Source: a virus
Lineage: Duplodnaviria > Caudoviricetes
Reading direction: 5' to 3' (one strand)
Length of the DNA stretch: 35,431 nucleotides
IMG/VR virus record: IMGVR_UViG_3300032216_000051
Coordinates: 1-35,431 of that record
The first letter of the stretch is position 1. Every line of letters begins with the position of its first letter. The notes under the pieces were generated by a model. That model searched no databases and was not told the DNA's origin. It worked only from the letters and a program-made list of their open reading frames with translations. This document shows positions 16,928 through 26,408 of the stretch, one piece after another. Position numbers and translations under genes: made by a program.

Positions 16928-19777
16928 TTAATAAGTCATTTCTACTGTTTCGGCTTTAGCAACCCAACGAATTGTAGTTGCCGCTTGTCCTGTTACTGTA
17001 ATCTTTAATCCACCATTGGCTGTATCTGCTGTGGCTGTTACTGCCCAAGTTGCTGCACCAGCGTCTGTTGCTATTACTGTAGTTGTTACTGTACCTACAA
17101 TAGCTGCTGTACCTACACCAGCACCACGCTTAATAGCACCTTCTAATGTCCAAGCCTTTGTATCGCCAGCACCAGTTACACCAGCAATAACTCTGACTTT
17201 AAAGTAATAAGCAGAGTTGTTAGGTAGGATTACTTGGTTTGAGCCTGATGCGGCAGATTGGTCACTTGCTAAAACAGTTGCAGTAGCGTCAGTTGTTTGT
17301 CTGCCAAGAATTAAAAATGCAAATTGTGAAAAACCTTGAGATGAAGATATTGGATTATTGCTAAATACAGAGTTGCCATTAATACTTCTAGCATTTCCAT
17401 ATAACCCCAAAACTTGCGATGAACCACCATTTGCCGCATTATTATTTCCACCTAAAATTGCTGATGCAAAAGCAGAAGCATTATTTGAATATCCTGCTCC
17501 AACAAAACTAGATGTACCACCAGCCGTATTTCCGCTTAAAGCAGAGCCAGTCCAGCCACCACCAGCAATAGTTGCACCTGTACCTGATGCCAAATGTTTT
17601 CCACCACCACCAACAAAAGACCAATCACCTGATGCAGTATTCCTATTAGCCGCAGTACCAGCATCGCCACCACCACCGATAAAGCTATATGCGCCTGTTG
17701 CTTGGTTATTACCACCACCGACTACTACTCCATGAGGAGTGTAAAAAGATAAAGTAACACCAGCAGCAGTTGTAGCGGCTTGGCTGATTGTGAATGTATA
17801 AGCTGTGCCAGTAATTGTTGTAGATGCAACAGTTTGTGATGTAGATACTGTCCAAGAAAGACCTGAACCACTAACAATATAAGTACCAGCAGTTACACCA
17901 GTACCAGTTAAGACCTGACCAGCAATAATTGTTCCGCTAGATACTGAACCTACAGTTAATGTAGTACCTGATATAGATGAGGTAGCCATTACTGCGGCAG
18001 TACCAGTAGTTACTGTAGATGTTGCGTAGGTAGCTGGGGCTGCTGTAATACCTGTGCCAGTAATGTATTGACCGACTTTAATATTTGCGTTGGTTGATGT
18101 TAAATATAAGGTAGTTCCAGCACTTACAGCAATAGTAGTAGCTTGAGTTGTTACTGCGGCTGATGCAGTTCCTGCATTGTTATAACCACCACCAATAAAA
18201 TTCAAATACCCTGCAGCAGTATTTTGATAACCGCCACCAACAGCGCTATAAACACCAGCAACAACATTTCCAAAGCCACCAAGAACGCTACTTGCAGAAC
18301 CACTAACAGTATTTCCATTTCCACCACAAATTGTGGATTGAAAACTAGTAACAGTATTATTTTGACCGCCACCGATTGTAGAAACTGTAGCACTAGCCAC
18401 TTGAGTAGCAGTACTTCTAACCATTTGCCAATCAACCGCATTAGCACCCCTAGCGTTACCGCCAGTTGCTGATGAAGTAGTTGCTTGGGCTTGGAGTGCG
18501 CCTGTTCCTAAAGGTTGCAGGATTAATGGGGTATTTGTACCGCCAGCAGCATAAATTCCAGGATAAGCGGCATCTCCCTTTACTTGCACATAAGTAGTAG
18601 AAGTTGTACCTAATGATGCTGCACCAGTTGATTCTAGGGTAGTGAATTTACCTGTATTGGGCGCAGTATTACCTATTGTTGGAGGGCTAGAAAGGTCTAA
18701 AGTACCCCCTAAAGTAAGACTCCCGCTAGAAGTAACTGTACCACTTAGTGATATACCTGAAACTGTACCTGTACCGCTTACTGAGGTTACTGTACCTGTT
18801 GTTGGTGTTGACCATTGTGGAGCAGTTGCACCAGAATTTACTGTTAATACTTGTCCTGCTGTGCCAATCGCTAATCTTGTGCCAGCACCACTTGTACCAC
18901 CATATAAAGTATCACCAGCAGTAGTTAAAGGGCTTAATGCGTTAAATGCTGCACTTGCAGTACTTTGTCCTGTACCGCCTCGATTAATTGCAACAGCATT
19001 ACCATTCCAAGTAGCACTTGTAATTGAGCCAGCATAATCTAAAGTATTGGTTGACCAACTTACATTAGAAGGTGTTGAGTCATGTCTATCCCAAGAACCA
19101 GCAGCAATAGAATTATCAAGCAATACTATTGTTACATAACCGCCAGAATTGATTGTTGCAACTGTAGTAGATGAATTGTTTTGAACAATAATCGTACCTG
19201 AAGATTGATTATTATTAAATGTAAAAGTTGCGCCATTAGGTAAGGTAGTGGCATTAGGCAGTCTTATTGTTTGACCACCAGAGCCTGTAATTTGCCAATT
19301 TTGCACAGATGATGCAGTTAAAACAATGGCTGTGCCACTTGCCGCTTGACTTGAAAATCCTTCAAACAAACAATTAGTGGTTATGTTTCCATTAGCATCA
19401 CGCAAAACTACAGAATTAGCACCACTACTGCTAGTAACTCCTGTGCCACCATTAGCTACTGGTAGGGATGTGCCACTATAAGTTAAGGCCAATGTACCGC
19501 TTGTAGTAATAGGACTGCCAGATACGCTTAAAAAGCTAGGTACTGTAGCTGCTACAGAAGTAACAGTTCCTGTGCCATATCCGCTAGGATTACTTGCAGG
19601 GTAAGCGCCCAAATTAGTAAGCGCAGTAGGAGCATCAGAAGCGCCTGTACCACCATTAACAATAGGTACAGTACCTGTTAATTGGTGGTCATCATTCCAA
19701 TTAGAAGGCTGAACAACGGTAGTATCACCAGCGTCAGGAATGGCACTTACATACTTATGCTTAACTGTTATAGCCAT
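16928..19777 (-). CDS. Long fibre / adhesin-like protein (949 aa) encoded right after the portal
   Basis: xxGGTG and GTVTSV shaft repeats; about 14-residue GGGxxN repeats resembling beta-roll adhesin heads; very Ser/Thr/Gly-rich. Confidence 0.8.
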   Translation of the reverse strand: MAITVKHKYVSAIPDAGDTTVVQPSNWNDDHQLTGTVPIVNGGTGASDAPTALTNLGAYPASNPSGYGTGTVTSVAATVPSFLSVSGSPITTSGTLALTYSGTSLPVANGGTGVTSSSGANSVVLRDANGNITTNCLFEGFSSQAASGTAIVLTASSVQNWQITGSGGQTIRLPNATTLPNGATFTFNNNQSSGTIIVQNNSSTTVATINSGGYVTIVLLDNSIAAGSWDRHDSTPSNVSWSTNTLDYAGSITSATWNGNAVAINRGGTGQSTASAAFNALSPLTTAGDTLYGGTSGAGTRLAIGTAGQVLTVNSGATAPQWSTPTTGTVTSVSGTGTVSGISLSGTVTSSGSLTLGGTLDLSSPPTIGNTAPNTGKFTTLESTGAASLGTTSTTYVQVKGDAAYPGIYAAGGTNTPLILQPLGTGALQAQATTSSATGGNARGANAVDWQMVRSTATQVASATVSTIGGGQNNTVTSFQSTICGGNGNTVSGSASSVLGGFGNVVAGVYSAVGGGYQNTAAGYLNFIGGGYNNAGTASAAVTTQATTIAVSAGTTLYLTSTNANIKVGQYITGTGITAAPATYATSTVTTGTAAVMATSSISGTTLTVGSVSSGTIIAGQVLTGTGVTAGTYIVSGSGLSWTVSTSQTVASTTITGTAYTFTISQAATTAAGVTLSFYTPHGVVVGGGNNQATGAYSFIGGGGDAGTAANRNTASGDWSFVGGGGKHLASGTGATIAGGGWTGSALSGNTAGGTSSFVGAGYSNNASAFASAILGGNNNAANGGSSQVLGLYGNARSINGNSVFSNNPISSSQGFSQFAFLILGRQTTDATATVLASDQSAASGSNQVILPNNSAYYFKVRVIAGVTGAGDTKAWTLEGAIKRGAGVGTAAIVGTVTTTVIATDAGAATWAVTATADTANGGLKITVTGQAATTIRWVAKAETVEMTY

Positions 19778-22077
19778 TATTGGACACCTATGATTTTACC
19801 GTCAGAGCCACGAACTACTGTCTTAGGCTGGCTTAGTTTATTCATCATTTCGGCAAGCATTTGTGCCATTTGATTACTATTGTTGTTAATTGCAGAAGCG
19901 ACTGTTTCCATTGGGTTTTGCATAGCTTGAGCCATATCTTCTTCGTGCATATAAGCCATTTCACCACCTGATTCATCTGCGCCAATTCGAGCAACTTCAA
20001 TCTTAGCACCATTGTTAATATGGGCTAACAAGACTTGAGTGTTTCTTTCGGTCATCATCTTCATTTGGGCTACTTTTAATTCCATTTCCATCTTAGCTTG
20101 GTCAGACTGTAACTTCATCTGTGCATCTGCACGATTGCGTTGTTCTTCTAATTGGAATTTAAGTTGGTTTTCTTGCGCCTGGTACTCTTGTTTAGCCTTT
20201 TCAAGTTGCATCTGTGCTTGTAGTTTAGCTTGCTCTAATTGCGCTGCTTGTTGAGCCTGTGCTTGGCTTGCTTGCATCTTAGCTTGCTCTAATTGCATGG
20301 TCATCTGCATCTTTTGTTGTTCAGGAGTAGGCGGTTTAGGTTGGCCTTCTGCTACTTTAGCTTGTTGACGCAGTTTATCTGCAGTTTCGTCAATAATGCC
20401 TTCTAATTGCTTGCCAGCTTTAAACGCAGTAACACCAAATTTGAGCATTTCAATAGCCATAGGGGCTAATTCAGGCTGAGATTGCACTAAAGGTACGGCT
20501 TGTTGGAAGAATCCACCAACTGCCTGTAAAAACTGCATCCTATCTTGTTTTTCTTGTTGCTCGTCTTGGTAAATCATTGAATCAGAAGTAACTTCTATGC
20601 GAAAGTTCTTACTGGCTTCATTGCGTAACAACTCGATTGCTTGTGGAATTAATTGTTTATCTTCGTCAGATAACTGCATTGCACCACTAATCTTTACCAG
20701 CGTTTCATCAGTAAAGTGATTGCAAATAATCTGCGCTTTAATAGATAACAGGCTTGTAGCAAAGTCTACAACTGCGTGTTGTTGGGTCTTTAATCGACCA
20801 GAAGCGTTGTTTGACTTAATAATCTGTGCGCCAAGGGTTTCATTAGGGTCTGATTGACCTCTTTGAATGTCAGCAATACCCATTAATTCATAGATTTGCC
20901 CTTTAACTTGTTCCATTGCTTGATAACAAGACATCAATGCGCTTGCAAAAGGGGTTAAATCTACTAGGTCAATAGCACCTTTCATGCCTTGCTTTTCGGC
21001 AAAAGCCATCCAGTTACTTACTGGAATCATGGTGTTATTTTCGCCTTCAGAGAACAAGCGTTGTAGCTCACTTGCTGAAGCATCGTATACACCGCGCACT
21101 TTAAGAGCATTAATCAAGCCATCTATGCGGTCACATAGAACATCTAGCTCTGTAGCTTGGTCTTGGTAGATAGTAAAGTCAGGGATTGGCTCTAATGAAT
21201 CTGTAGTCAGAGTTGCATATAAAGGCTTTGGACAAGGCCAAAAGTTTTCTAATCCTAGTGGGTCATCACGCTCATCAACAATCTTGCCTAATGACTTAGA
21301 AATCCATAATACTTTTCCTGTTTCTTTATCCCAGACTTCGTATATCACCGCTTCATATACGCCATCGTCAGACTTGTAAGATTGTTTTAAGTCATCAGGT
21401 TTTGTATCTAATGGGATTTTATAGCCTAATTCCTCACCAAAACGCTCTACAAGGGCAGGGCGGGACATATAGACCCTACGCCATACTGCGGTGACTTCTT
21501 CCCATGTACGGGCGATTGTATGACCAAAATCACGCCAATGAACATAGTCTACAGGGCAACACTCATATTCAATGCGCTCTTGTGACTCCATTGCTTCAGG
21601 TGTTTCAGCATCATCGCTATCTTCGGTAACTTCTAAACCGTCATCAGGCATATCTTCGGTTTCGCCAACAATATGTGGCTCATAACGCACCCAAGCTACA
21701 CCACGACCACCTAATAAACGGTCTAATACTGCGTTATTCATTGCAGACTTATAGTCACCATAGTGCTCAATTTCAAACTCTAAGGCTCGCTCTAACATCA
21801 TTGATGCGACTCGGCCTATAGCGTCATTGTCTCTAAATCGGCGACTTACATCGGGTCTAGGTAGTCTAGCAAAGATAGCTGGCTGAATGGTTTGGACATT
21901 ACTCCAAAGAATATTAAACCGAGCATTTGGGTTTCTATCGTAACGACTATCGTCTTTATATTTCTTTACTATGCGGTCAACCCTAGCTTCCCAACGCTTA
22001 TATGAGCGTTCATAACTCATTATTGTGCGATACCAGTCCTCATAAGTCTTATTAACTGTAGCTTTATCGTTTGCCAT
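19777..22077 (-). CDS. Portal protein with Gln-rich C-terminal coil
   Basis: Follows TerL with a TGATG overlap (start MANDK at 22077); IYELMGIADIQRG..ETLGAQIIKS portal motif; 766 aa. Confidence 0.9.
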   Translation of the reverse strand: MANDKATVNKTYEDWYRTIMSYERSYKRWEARVDRIVKKYKDDSRYDRNPNARFNILWSNVQTIQPAIFARLPRPDVSRRFRDNDAIGRVASMMLERALEFEIEHYGDYKSAMNNAVLDRLLGGRGVAWVRYEPHIVGETEDMPDDGLEVTEDSDDAETPEAMESQERIEYECCPVDYVHWRDFGHTIARTWEEVTAVWRRVYMSRPALVERFGEELGYKIPLDTKPDDLKQSYKSDDGVYEAVIYEVWDKETGKVLWISKSLGKIVDERDDPLGLENFWPCPKPLYATLTTDSLEPIPDFTIYQDQATELDVLCDRIDGLINALKVRGVYDASASELQRLFSEGENNTMIPVSNWMAFAEKQGMKGAIDLVDLTPFASALMSCYQAMEQVKGQIYELMGIADIQRGQSDPNETLGAQIIKSNNASGRLKTQQHAVVDFATSLLSIKAQIICNHFTDETLVKISGAMQLSDEDKQLIPQAIELLRNEASKNFRIEVTSDSMIYQDEQQEKQDRMQFLQAVGGFFQQAVPLVQSQPELAPMAIEMLKFGVTAFKAGKQLEGIIDETADKLRQQAKVAEGQPKPPTPEQQKMQMTMQLEQAKMQASQAQAQQAAQLEQAKLQAQMQLEKAKQEYQAQENQLKFQLEEQRNRADAQMKLQSDQAKMEMELKVAQMKMMTERNTQVLLAHINNGAKIEVARIGADESGGEMAYMHEEDMAQAMQNPMETVASAINNNSNQMAQMLAEMMNKLSQPKTVVRGSDGKIIGVQ

Positions 22078-23423
22078 CAAATTCTTCCTCTTGAACTGGT
22101 TTGTGGGTTTTGTTTCCACATATCATTCAAACTTACATCGGTTTTACCTACAAATAGCCCTTTAATCGAGTCATCTTTCGAGGGTAACTTAGCTTCTTCT
22201 TTCCAGGCTATTGCTGCCATTCTCATTGCATCTGCACCATGACTAGCCCAATTATGTAATGGCTTGTCACTAAAGACTTTCTTATCTTCGTTATAAGACC
22301 GTTCATACTGCTTCAAACATTCAATGCCATCTTCGCATTTTGGGTCAAACCAGCTACGCAATAGCATCATACGAGTTGCTTGAATTCCGTCTTGAAGTGA
22401 CAAATTTGGCACAATTTTCATACATTCTAGCTTAATTTTAGCAGAAAGTTGCTCAATTATAGACTTTCCACCACTTGCTAATGTTTTAGCTCTAGCGTCA
22501 TGTGGCAGATAATGAAACTTATATTTGGCTTTATATTTCTGTTCTTGCTGTGCAATATAACCTGTATAAAACGGGATAGATTGTCCATTACTAGAATGGT
22601 AATCAAGAAATCTAACCTCTCCATGTACTACTTGCCATGTCCAAATAGTTGTATCGTCTGAATAACCTAAGTCCCAACTACTAAATAAAGGGAACATAGG
22701 GTCATATTCAATATCAGTAATACGGCCTTGGTCAGTAATTTGACGCATCTCCTTGCCGTAATAAGCACCAAGGATTGCTGATTCAAAGTCACACTCCCAC
22801 TCAGCAAGGTACTGGTCTTGCGTCATTATCTTGGCAGCATCTGCTAATTCTTCTTTGGGGATTAATCCAGTTTGACTAGCTCTAAGCGTCTTACAGTACC
22901 AATCAGGGTCTTTAGTAGCGTTGTTATAAACTTCCCAAAATTGATTATGCCCTTTGGGTGTGCCAATAAATACTGCCCAACCTTTTCGGTCAGAGAGTAA
23001 TGGCCTTAAAACTGCACCCCATATAGAGGGTTTCATATCAGCGTATTCGTCTAGGACTACGCCATCAAGGTATAAACCACGAAGGGAATCAGCATTGTCA
23101 GCACCAAACAATCGTATTCGAGCACCATTGATTAGCTCTACCCATAGCTCTGAAACATTGTGATTAGCCCTAACTGGCTGAGAAAACTTCATTAGATAGT
23201 CAAAAGCAATACTCTTAGCCTGGGCATAATATGGCGCTAAATACGCATATCTGCCATCTTCTTTGTTTTCAACAAGAGCTTTGTATATCAATTCGTTAAT
23301 ACAAGAAACAGTCTTACCGCAGCGTCTATGCGCTACGATTACTGCCCAGCGTTGTTGTCTTTCATGGAAATCTAAGAATACATCCCTAGGCTTGTAGTCT
23401 AGTTCAATCTCTATTTCTTCCAA
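22077..23423 (-). CDS. terL: Terminase large subunit
   Basis: Walker A HRRCGKT, Walker B GVVLDE, coupling motif IGTPKG, nuclease WDLG and SHGADAMR. Confidence 0.96.
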   Translation of the reverse strand: MEEIEIELDYKPRDVFLDFHERQQRWAVIVAHRRCGKTVSCINELIYKALVENKEDGRYAYLAPYYAQAKSIAFDYLMKFSQPVRANHNVSELWVELINGARIRLFGADNADSLRGLYLDGVVLDEYADMKPSIWGAVLRPLLSDRKGWAVFIGTPKGHNQFWEVYNNATKDPDWYCKTLRASQTGLIPKEELADAAKIMTQDQYLAEWECDFESAILGAYYGKEMRQITDQGRITDIEYDPMFPLFSSWDLGYSDDTTIWTWQVVHGEVRFLDYHSSNGQSIPFYTGYIAQQEQKYKAKYKFHYLPHDARAKTLASGGKSIIEQLSAKIKLECMKIVPNLSLQDGIQATRMMLLRSWFDPKCEDGIECLKQYERSYNEDKKVFSDKPLHNWASHGADAMRMAAIAWKEEAKLPSKDDSIKGLFVGKTDVSLNDMWKQNPQTSSRGRI

Positions 23424-23740
23424 GACACCACCATGCGTTGTGGGGCTTTCTCATCGCCTACTACTTCAGTCCTTGCTAACTTAGGTACTGAGTATTCAAC
23501 TAAGTTTTGTACTATCTCGCATGCTTTGGCGGGATTTGGCTGAACAATGTATTTTCCAGTCTTATCGTCTAGGATGCCTTCTGCGGTGCTCTGTATCCAC
23601 GATTGAATAAAAGGTATATTGGCATCAAGTAAGGCTTTAATCGCCTCACGGGCTTCTGTAGTGGCTTTATTAGGCACTCCAGCCTTACGACCAGCCCTAT
23701 TTAAGTTCTTTTCAACAGATTTCGACACTTTATTTTCCAT
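23411..23740 (-). CDS. terS: Terminase small subunit
   Basis: Overlaps the terL start; GRKAGVPNKAT motif; 109 aa. Confidence 0.78.
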   Translation of the reverse strand: MENKVSKSVEKNLNRAGRKAGVPNKATTEAREAIKALLDANIPFIQSWIQSTAEGILDDKTGKYIVQPNPAKACEIVQNLVEYSVPKLARTEVVGDEKAPQRMVVSWKK

Positions 23741-23747
23741 ACATTCT

Positions 23748-23760
23748 CAAGTAATTGATT
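23748..23760 (-). promoter_or_regulatory. IHF consensus site upstream of terS
   Basis: AATCAAttacTTG matches WATCAANNNNTTR exactly; TAGAAT (-10-like) at 23778-23773. Confidence 0.5.
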
Positions 23761-23785
23761 TGTAAGGGTTTAATTCTACTACAAT

Positions 23786-24007
23786 TTATTTAACAATATC
23801 TACATCGTGATACTTGTTCATAGCTTTAGACAATGCTTCTTTACGCTTCATTCTTTCATTGGCTTTCTTATTTAGAATGTTGCTATCGTCAAGTTCCAAT
23901 GGTGGGTTTTTCTCTTGGCGCTTTTTTTGGGCTTTATCGTATGTAGAGTCTTTGTGTGTTCGCAACATAGCATCTTCTGGTGGGTAACTTCTAGTCATGT
24001 GTTTCAT
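23786..24007 (-). CDS. Hypothetical basic protein
   Basis: 73 aa, ATGA overlap with the upstream gene. Confidence 0.7.
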   Translation of the reverse strand: MKHMTRSYPPEDAMLRTHKDSTYDKAQKKRQEKNPPLELDDSNILNKKANERMKRKEALSKAMNKYHDVDIVK

Positions 24008-24189
24008 GCGTTTTCTGCCACATATTTAGAATAGGCTTCCTCTAACTTTGCTTTGCGCTTACCTTTAGCATGGGTGCGTTCTTCACTCAATGCAATAGCC
24101 ATAGCTTGCTTTTTAGGCTTTCCTGCGGCAACTTCTGTCTTGTAGTTTTTGCCGACTGATTGAGCCGAGCCTGATTTGTCCATTGGCAT
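24004..24189 (-). CDS. Small basic protein with KQAxAIALS motif
   Basis: GKPKKQAMAIALS motif seen in small phage proteins near terminase; AAGGA RBS. Confidence 0.75.
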   Translation of the reverse strand: MPMDKSGSAQSVGKNYKTEVAAGKPKKQAMAIALSEERTHAKGKRKAKLEEAYSKYVAENA

Positions 24190-24198
24190 AATGCTTCC

Positions 24199-24564
24199 TT
24201 ACTTAAGATATTTGAGTTTGTAGATGGTAGAGTCAATTAACTGTTGTATTTCGGCTACTATATTAACTAATTCTTGCTCTTTCGGCAAATCTGCGTTAGC
24301 TTCTTTTACAAAATTCTTTAATGATTCCATGTACTTAAGTGGTTCTTTAGGTTGATGATAGACGCTAGGAAATACTTTAATCTGCTCGTAGCAACCAGAA
24401 AACGCTTCTACATAATCGTCTACCAAGTCCTGAACACTCTCATAGTATTTTTGGAGTGCCTTGTGCTGGGAATAAGAGTTGGTTGACCAATGAAAAAAGT
24501 GCGTGTTCGTTGATGAATGTAACAGCGTTGCCGCAAACATTGCTACATTGGCTGTTTCAGTCAT
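24199..24564 (-). CDS. Ferritin/Dps-like protein
   Basis: THFFHW..SQHKALQKYYE..DDYVE spacing of Dps ferroxidase ligands; four-helix size. Confidence 0.72.
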   Translation of the reverse strand: MTETANVAMFAATLLHSSTNTHFFHWSTNSYSQHKALQKYYESVQDLVDDYVEAFSGCYEQIKVFPSVYHQPKEPLKYMESLKNFVKEANADLPKEQELVNIVAEIQQLIDSTIYKLKYLK

Positions 24565-24573
24565 AACCTTTTC

Positions 24574-25068
24574 CTATTCATGTCTAGCAAAATTACCATG
24601 CAATCTATTTCTTGCTTCAATTATAGCTATTTTTGCCTTGTCAAGCTCATCAAAATAACCTATAAAATGTTCTTTATATTGAAAAGATACCCTTGCAAAC
24701 CATTTTTTTCGATTTTTATCCCAACAAACACCTTTTACGCCTGATTTATTAGTTGCTGGGGCTTTCATATTGTATGAATTTTGTAAATAAGTAGCTTCTC
24801 TTAAATTTTCTATTTGATTGTTTTGAGGATTACCATCAATGTGGTCTAAGCATTTAGGCAAAAACCCATGATGATACAAAAATATAAGCCTATGATTTTT
24901 ATATTTTTTATTTTTAATTTTTACATTAAAATAATTTGTAGTGGGGTCTACTCCACCAGCAATTTTTCCAATTAAATTGTTTTTTTTGGTTTTTTTCCAA
25001 TATAAATTGCCATCTTTGTAATTAAAGATTTCATGCAAATATTCTTGAGATATAATTTTTGAATCCAT
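24574..25068 (-). CDS. HNH-AP2 homing endonuclease
   Basis: HRLIFLYHHG..LDHIDGNPQNNQIENLREAT; SGVKGVCWDK..KWFA..IGYF..HGNFAR. Confidence 0.93.
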   Translation of the reverse strand: MDSKIISQEYLHEIFNYKDGNLYWKKTKKNNLIGKIAGGVDPTTNYFNVKIKNKKYKNHRLIFLYHHGFLPKCLDHIDGNPQNNQIENLREATYLQNSYNMKAPATNKSGVKGVCWDKNRKKWFARVSFQYKEHFIGYFDELDKAKIAIIEARNRLHGNFARHE

Positions 25069-25148
25069 TGCAACTCCTTAACAGTTCATTGGTAGAAACC
25101 CTTAAGAAACTCCAATTTCTTAGGGGTTTTGCTTTATAGATTGTAGCA
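25066..25148 (-). promoter_or_regulatory. Promoter and two-hairpin leader of the HNH-AP2 gene
   Basis: TGcTACAAT; AAACCCCTAAGAAA/TTTCTTAAGGGTTT stem; second weak stem around AAGGAG and the ATG. Confidence 0.55.
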
Positions 25149-25407
25149 AATCTTCAGCTTCTTGCACAGAATTCACCCTAGCCAACATACCCCCAGTCCA
25201 TGTGGCAAAAAACTTAATTTGTTGAGGAGTAAACTTTTTATCAGGGCCATCTTTGACTTCTAGTAAAATGGTTTGCCCATCAAAACCCACAATCAAATCC
25301 GTCATGCCTTTACCAACAGCAGATAAATCTACTACAGTAGCGCCCATTGAGCGTAGCGCTTTAACAACATCCTTTTGATTCTTATCAACTTTTTTCGCAA
25401 ATGCCAT
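25120..25407 (-). CDS. VRR-NUC / Holliday-junction-resolvase-like PD-(D/E)XK nuclease
   Basis: DKNQKDVVKALRSMG..GMTDLIVG..LLEVK..TPQQIKF. Confidence 0.82.
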   Translation of the reverse strand: MAFAKKVDKNQKDVVKALRSMGATVVDLSAVGKGMTDLIVGFDGQTILLEVKDGPDKKFTPQQIKFFATWTGGMLARVNSVQEAEDLLQSIKQNP

Positions 25408-25448
25408 AATATTATGTTAGTGTTCTTTTACTTGTTAAGGGGAATTTA

Positions 25449-26408
25449 ATGTCTAGTTACCATTTAAGTGATGAAGAATGGATTGCAGCTTGGAAAGAGT
25501 GCGGTTCAGCAGTTGTAATGTCAGAAAAAACGGGTATTAGTCAGCGTTCAGTATATAACAGAAGAAGGTCAATAGAAGCTAGGCATAAGATTGATTTACC
25601 TAGTGTAGATGACCAGCGTTTTGACCAATTAAAGAAGATAGCTCAGACTACTGGGCATACCCGTAGGGGCATGGATATTGAAAAAGGGCGAGTGATTGTA
25701 TTTAGTGATGCTCACTTTTGGCCTGACGATACCACCACCGCCTTTAAAGCACTCTTAGAGATGATTAAAGAGTTCAAGCCTACCGCAGTAGTCTGTAATG
25801 GTGATGCGCTTGATGGGGCTAATTTAAGCCGTTTTCCACGCCAAGATTGGAATAAGATTCCTACAGTTAAAGAAGAATTAGAAGCCTGTCAGTTTTATTT
25901 GGGCGAAATTGAAGCAGTTTCAAAAGGTTCTAAATTGTTTTGGCCTATTGGCAATCACGACCAAAGACTAGAAATGTCCATTATTGCTAATCTTCCAGCA
26001 TTTGAAGGTGTGCGAGGTACAAGTCTTAAAGACTATTTTCCTATGTGGCAACCTTGTTGGTCATTTTGGATAAATGAAGATACTTGTATTAAACATCGGT
26101 GGAAGGGCGGTTGGACTGGTGGTAGGAATAATGCTGTAAATAGCGGTGTCAATATGATTACAGGTCATACCCATGTTTTAAGTGTAATTCCTTTTAACGA
26201 TTACAACGGCACACGATGGGGAGTTCAAACAGGCACTTTAGCTGACCCAATGGGGCAACAATTTGCCTATACAGAAGATACTCCTAAAGATTGGAATAGT
26301 GGTTTTGTAATGCTTTCTTTTGACCGCAGTAAAATGCTTCAACCTGAGATTATTAGGGTATGCGGAGAAGATGAAATAGATTTTAGGGGAAAAATTCAAA
26401 GAGTATGA
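25449..26408 (+). CDS. Calcineurin-like metallophosphoesterase with N-terminal HTH-like segment
   Basis: SDAH, NGDALD, GNHD, KH and GHTH motifs; own promoter candidate TTATCA-17-CATAAT (25382-25410); AAGGGGA RBS. Confidence 0.92.
   Translation: MSSYHLSDEEWIAAWKECGSAVVMSEKTGISQRSVYNRRRSIEARHKIDLPSVDDQRFDQLKKIAQTTGHTRRGMDIEKGRVIVFSDAHFWPDDTTTAFKALLEMIKEFKPTAVVCNGDALDGANLSRFPRQDWNKIPTVKEELEACQFYLGEIEAVSKGSKLFWPIGNHDQRLEMSIIANLPAFEGVRGTSLKDYFPMWQPCWSFWINEDTCIKHRWKGGWTGGRNNAVNSGVNMITGHTHVLSVIPFNDYNGTRWGVQTGTLADPMGQQFAYTEDTPKDWNSGFVMLSFDRSKMLQPEIIRVCGEDEIDFRGKIQRV

Noticed and set aside
17016-19037. Plus-strand and alternate-frame ORFs over the fibre gene (and similar short antisense ORFs at 1261, 3780, 4013, 7563, 11797, 14062, 15033, 20039, 22954, 28066, 32898)
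   Set aside because: Shadows of biased codon usage; no RBS, coupling or motifs, unlike the exactly bridging ORF at 10347..10862
12855-23423. Stop-codon reassignment
   Set aside because: Core genes are full length in the standard bacterial code, and TAA, TGA and TAG all occur as apparent stops
25401-25421. dif-like site (CATAA..TTATGTTA) for XerCD integration
   Set aside because: The arms are 2 bp apart instead of 6; the sequence is explained by a start codon and promoter
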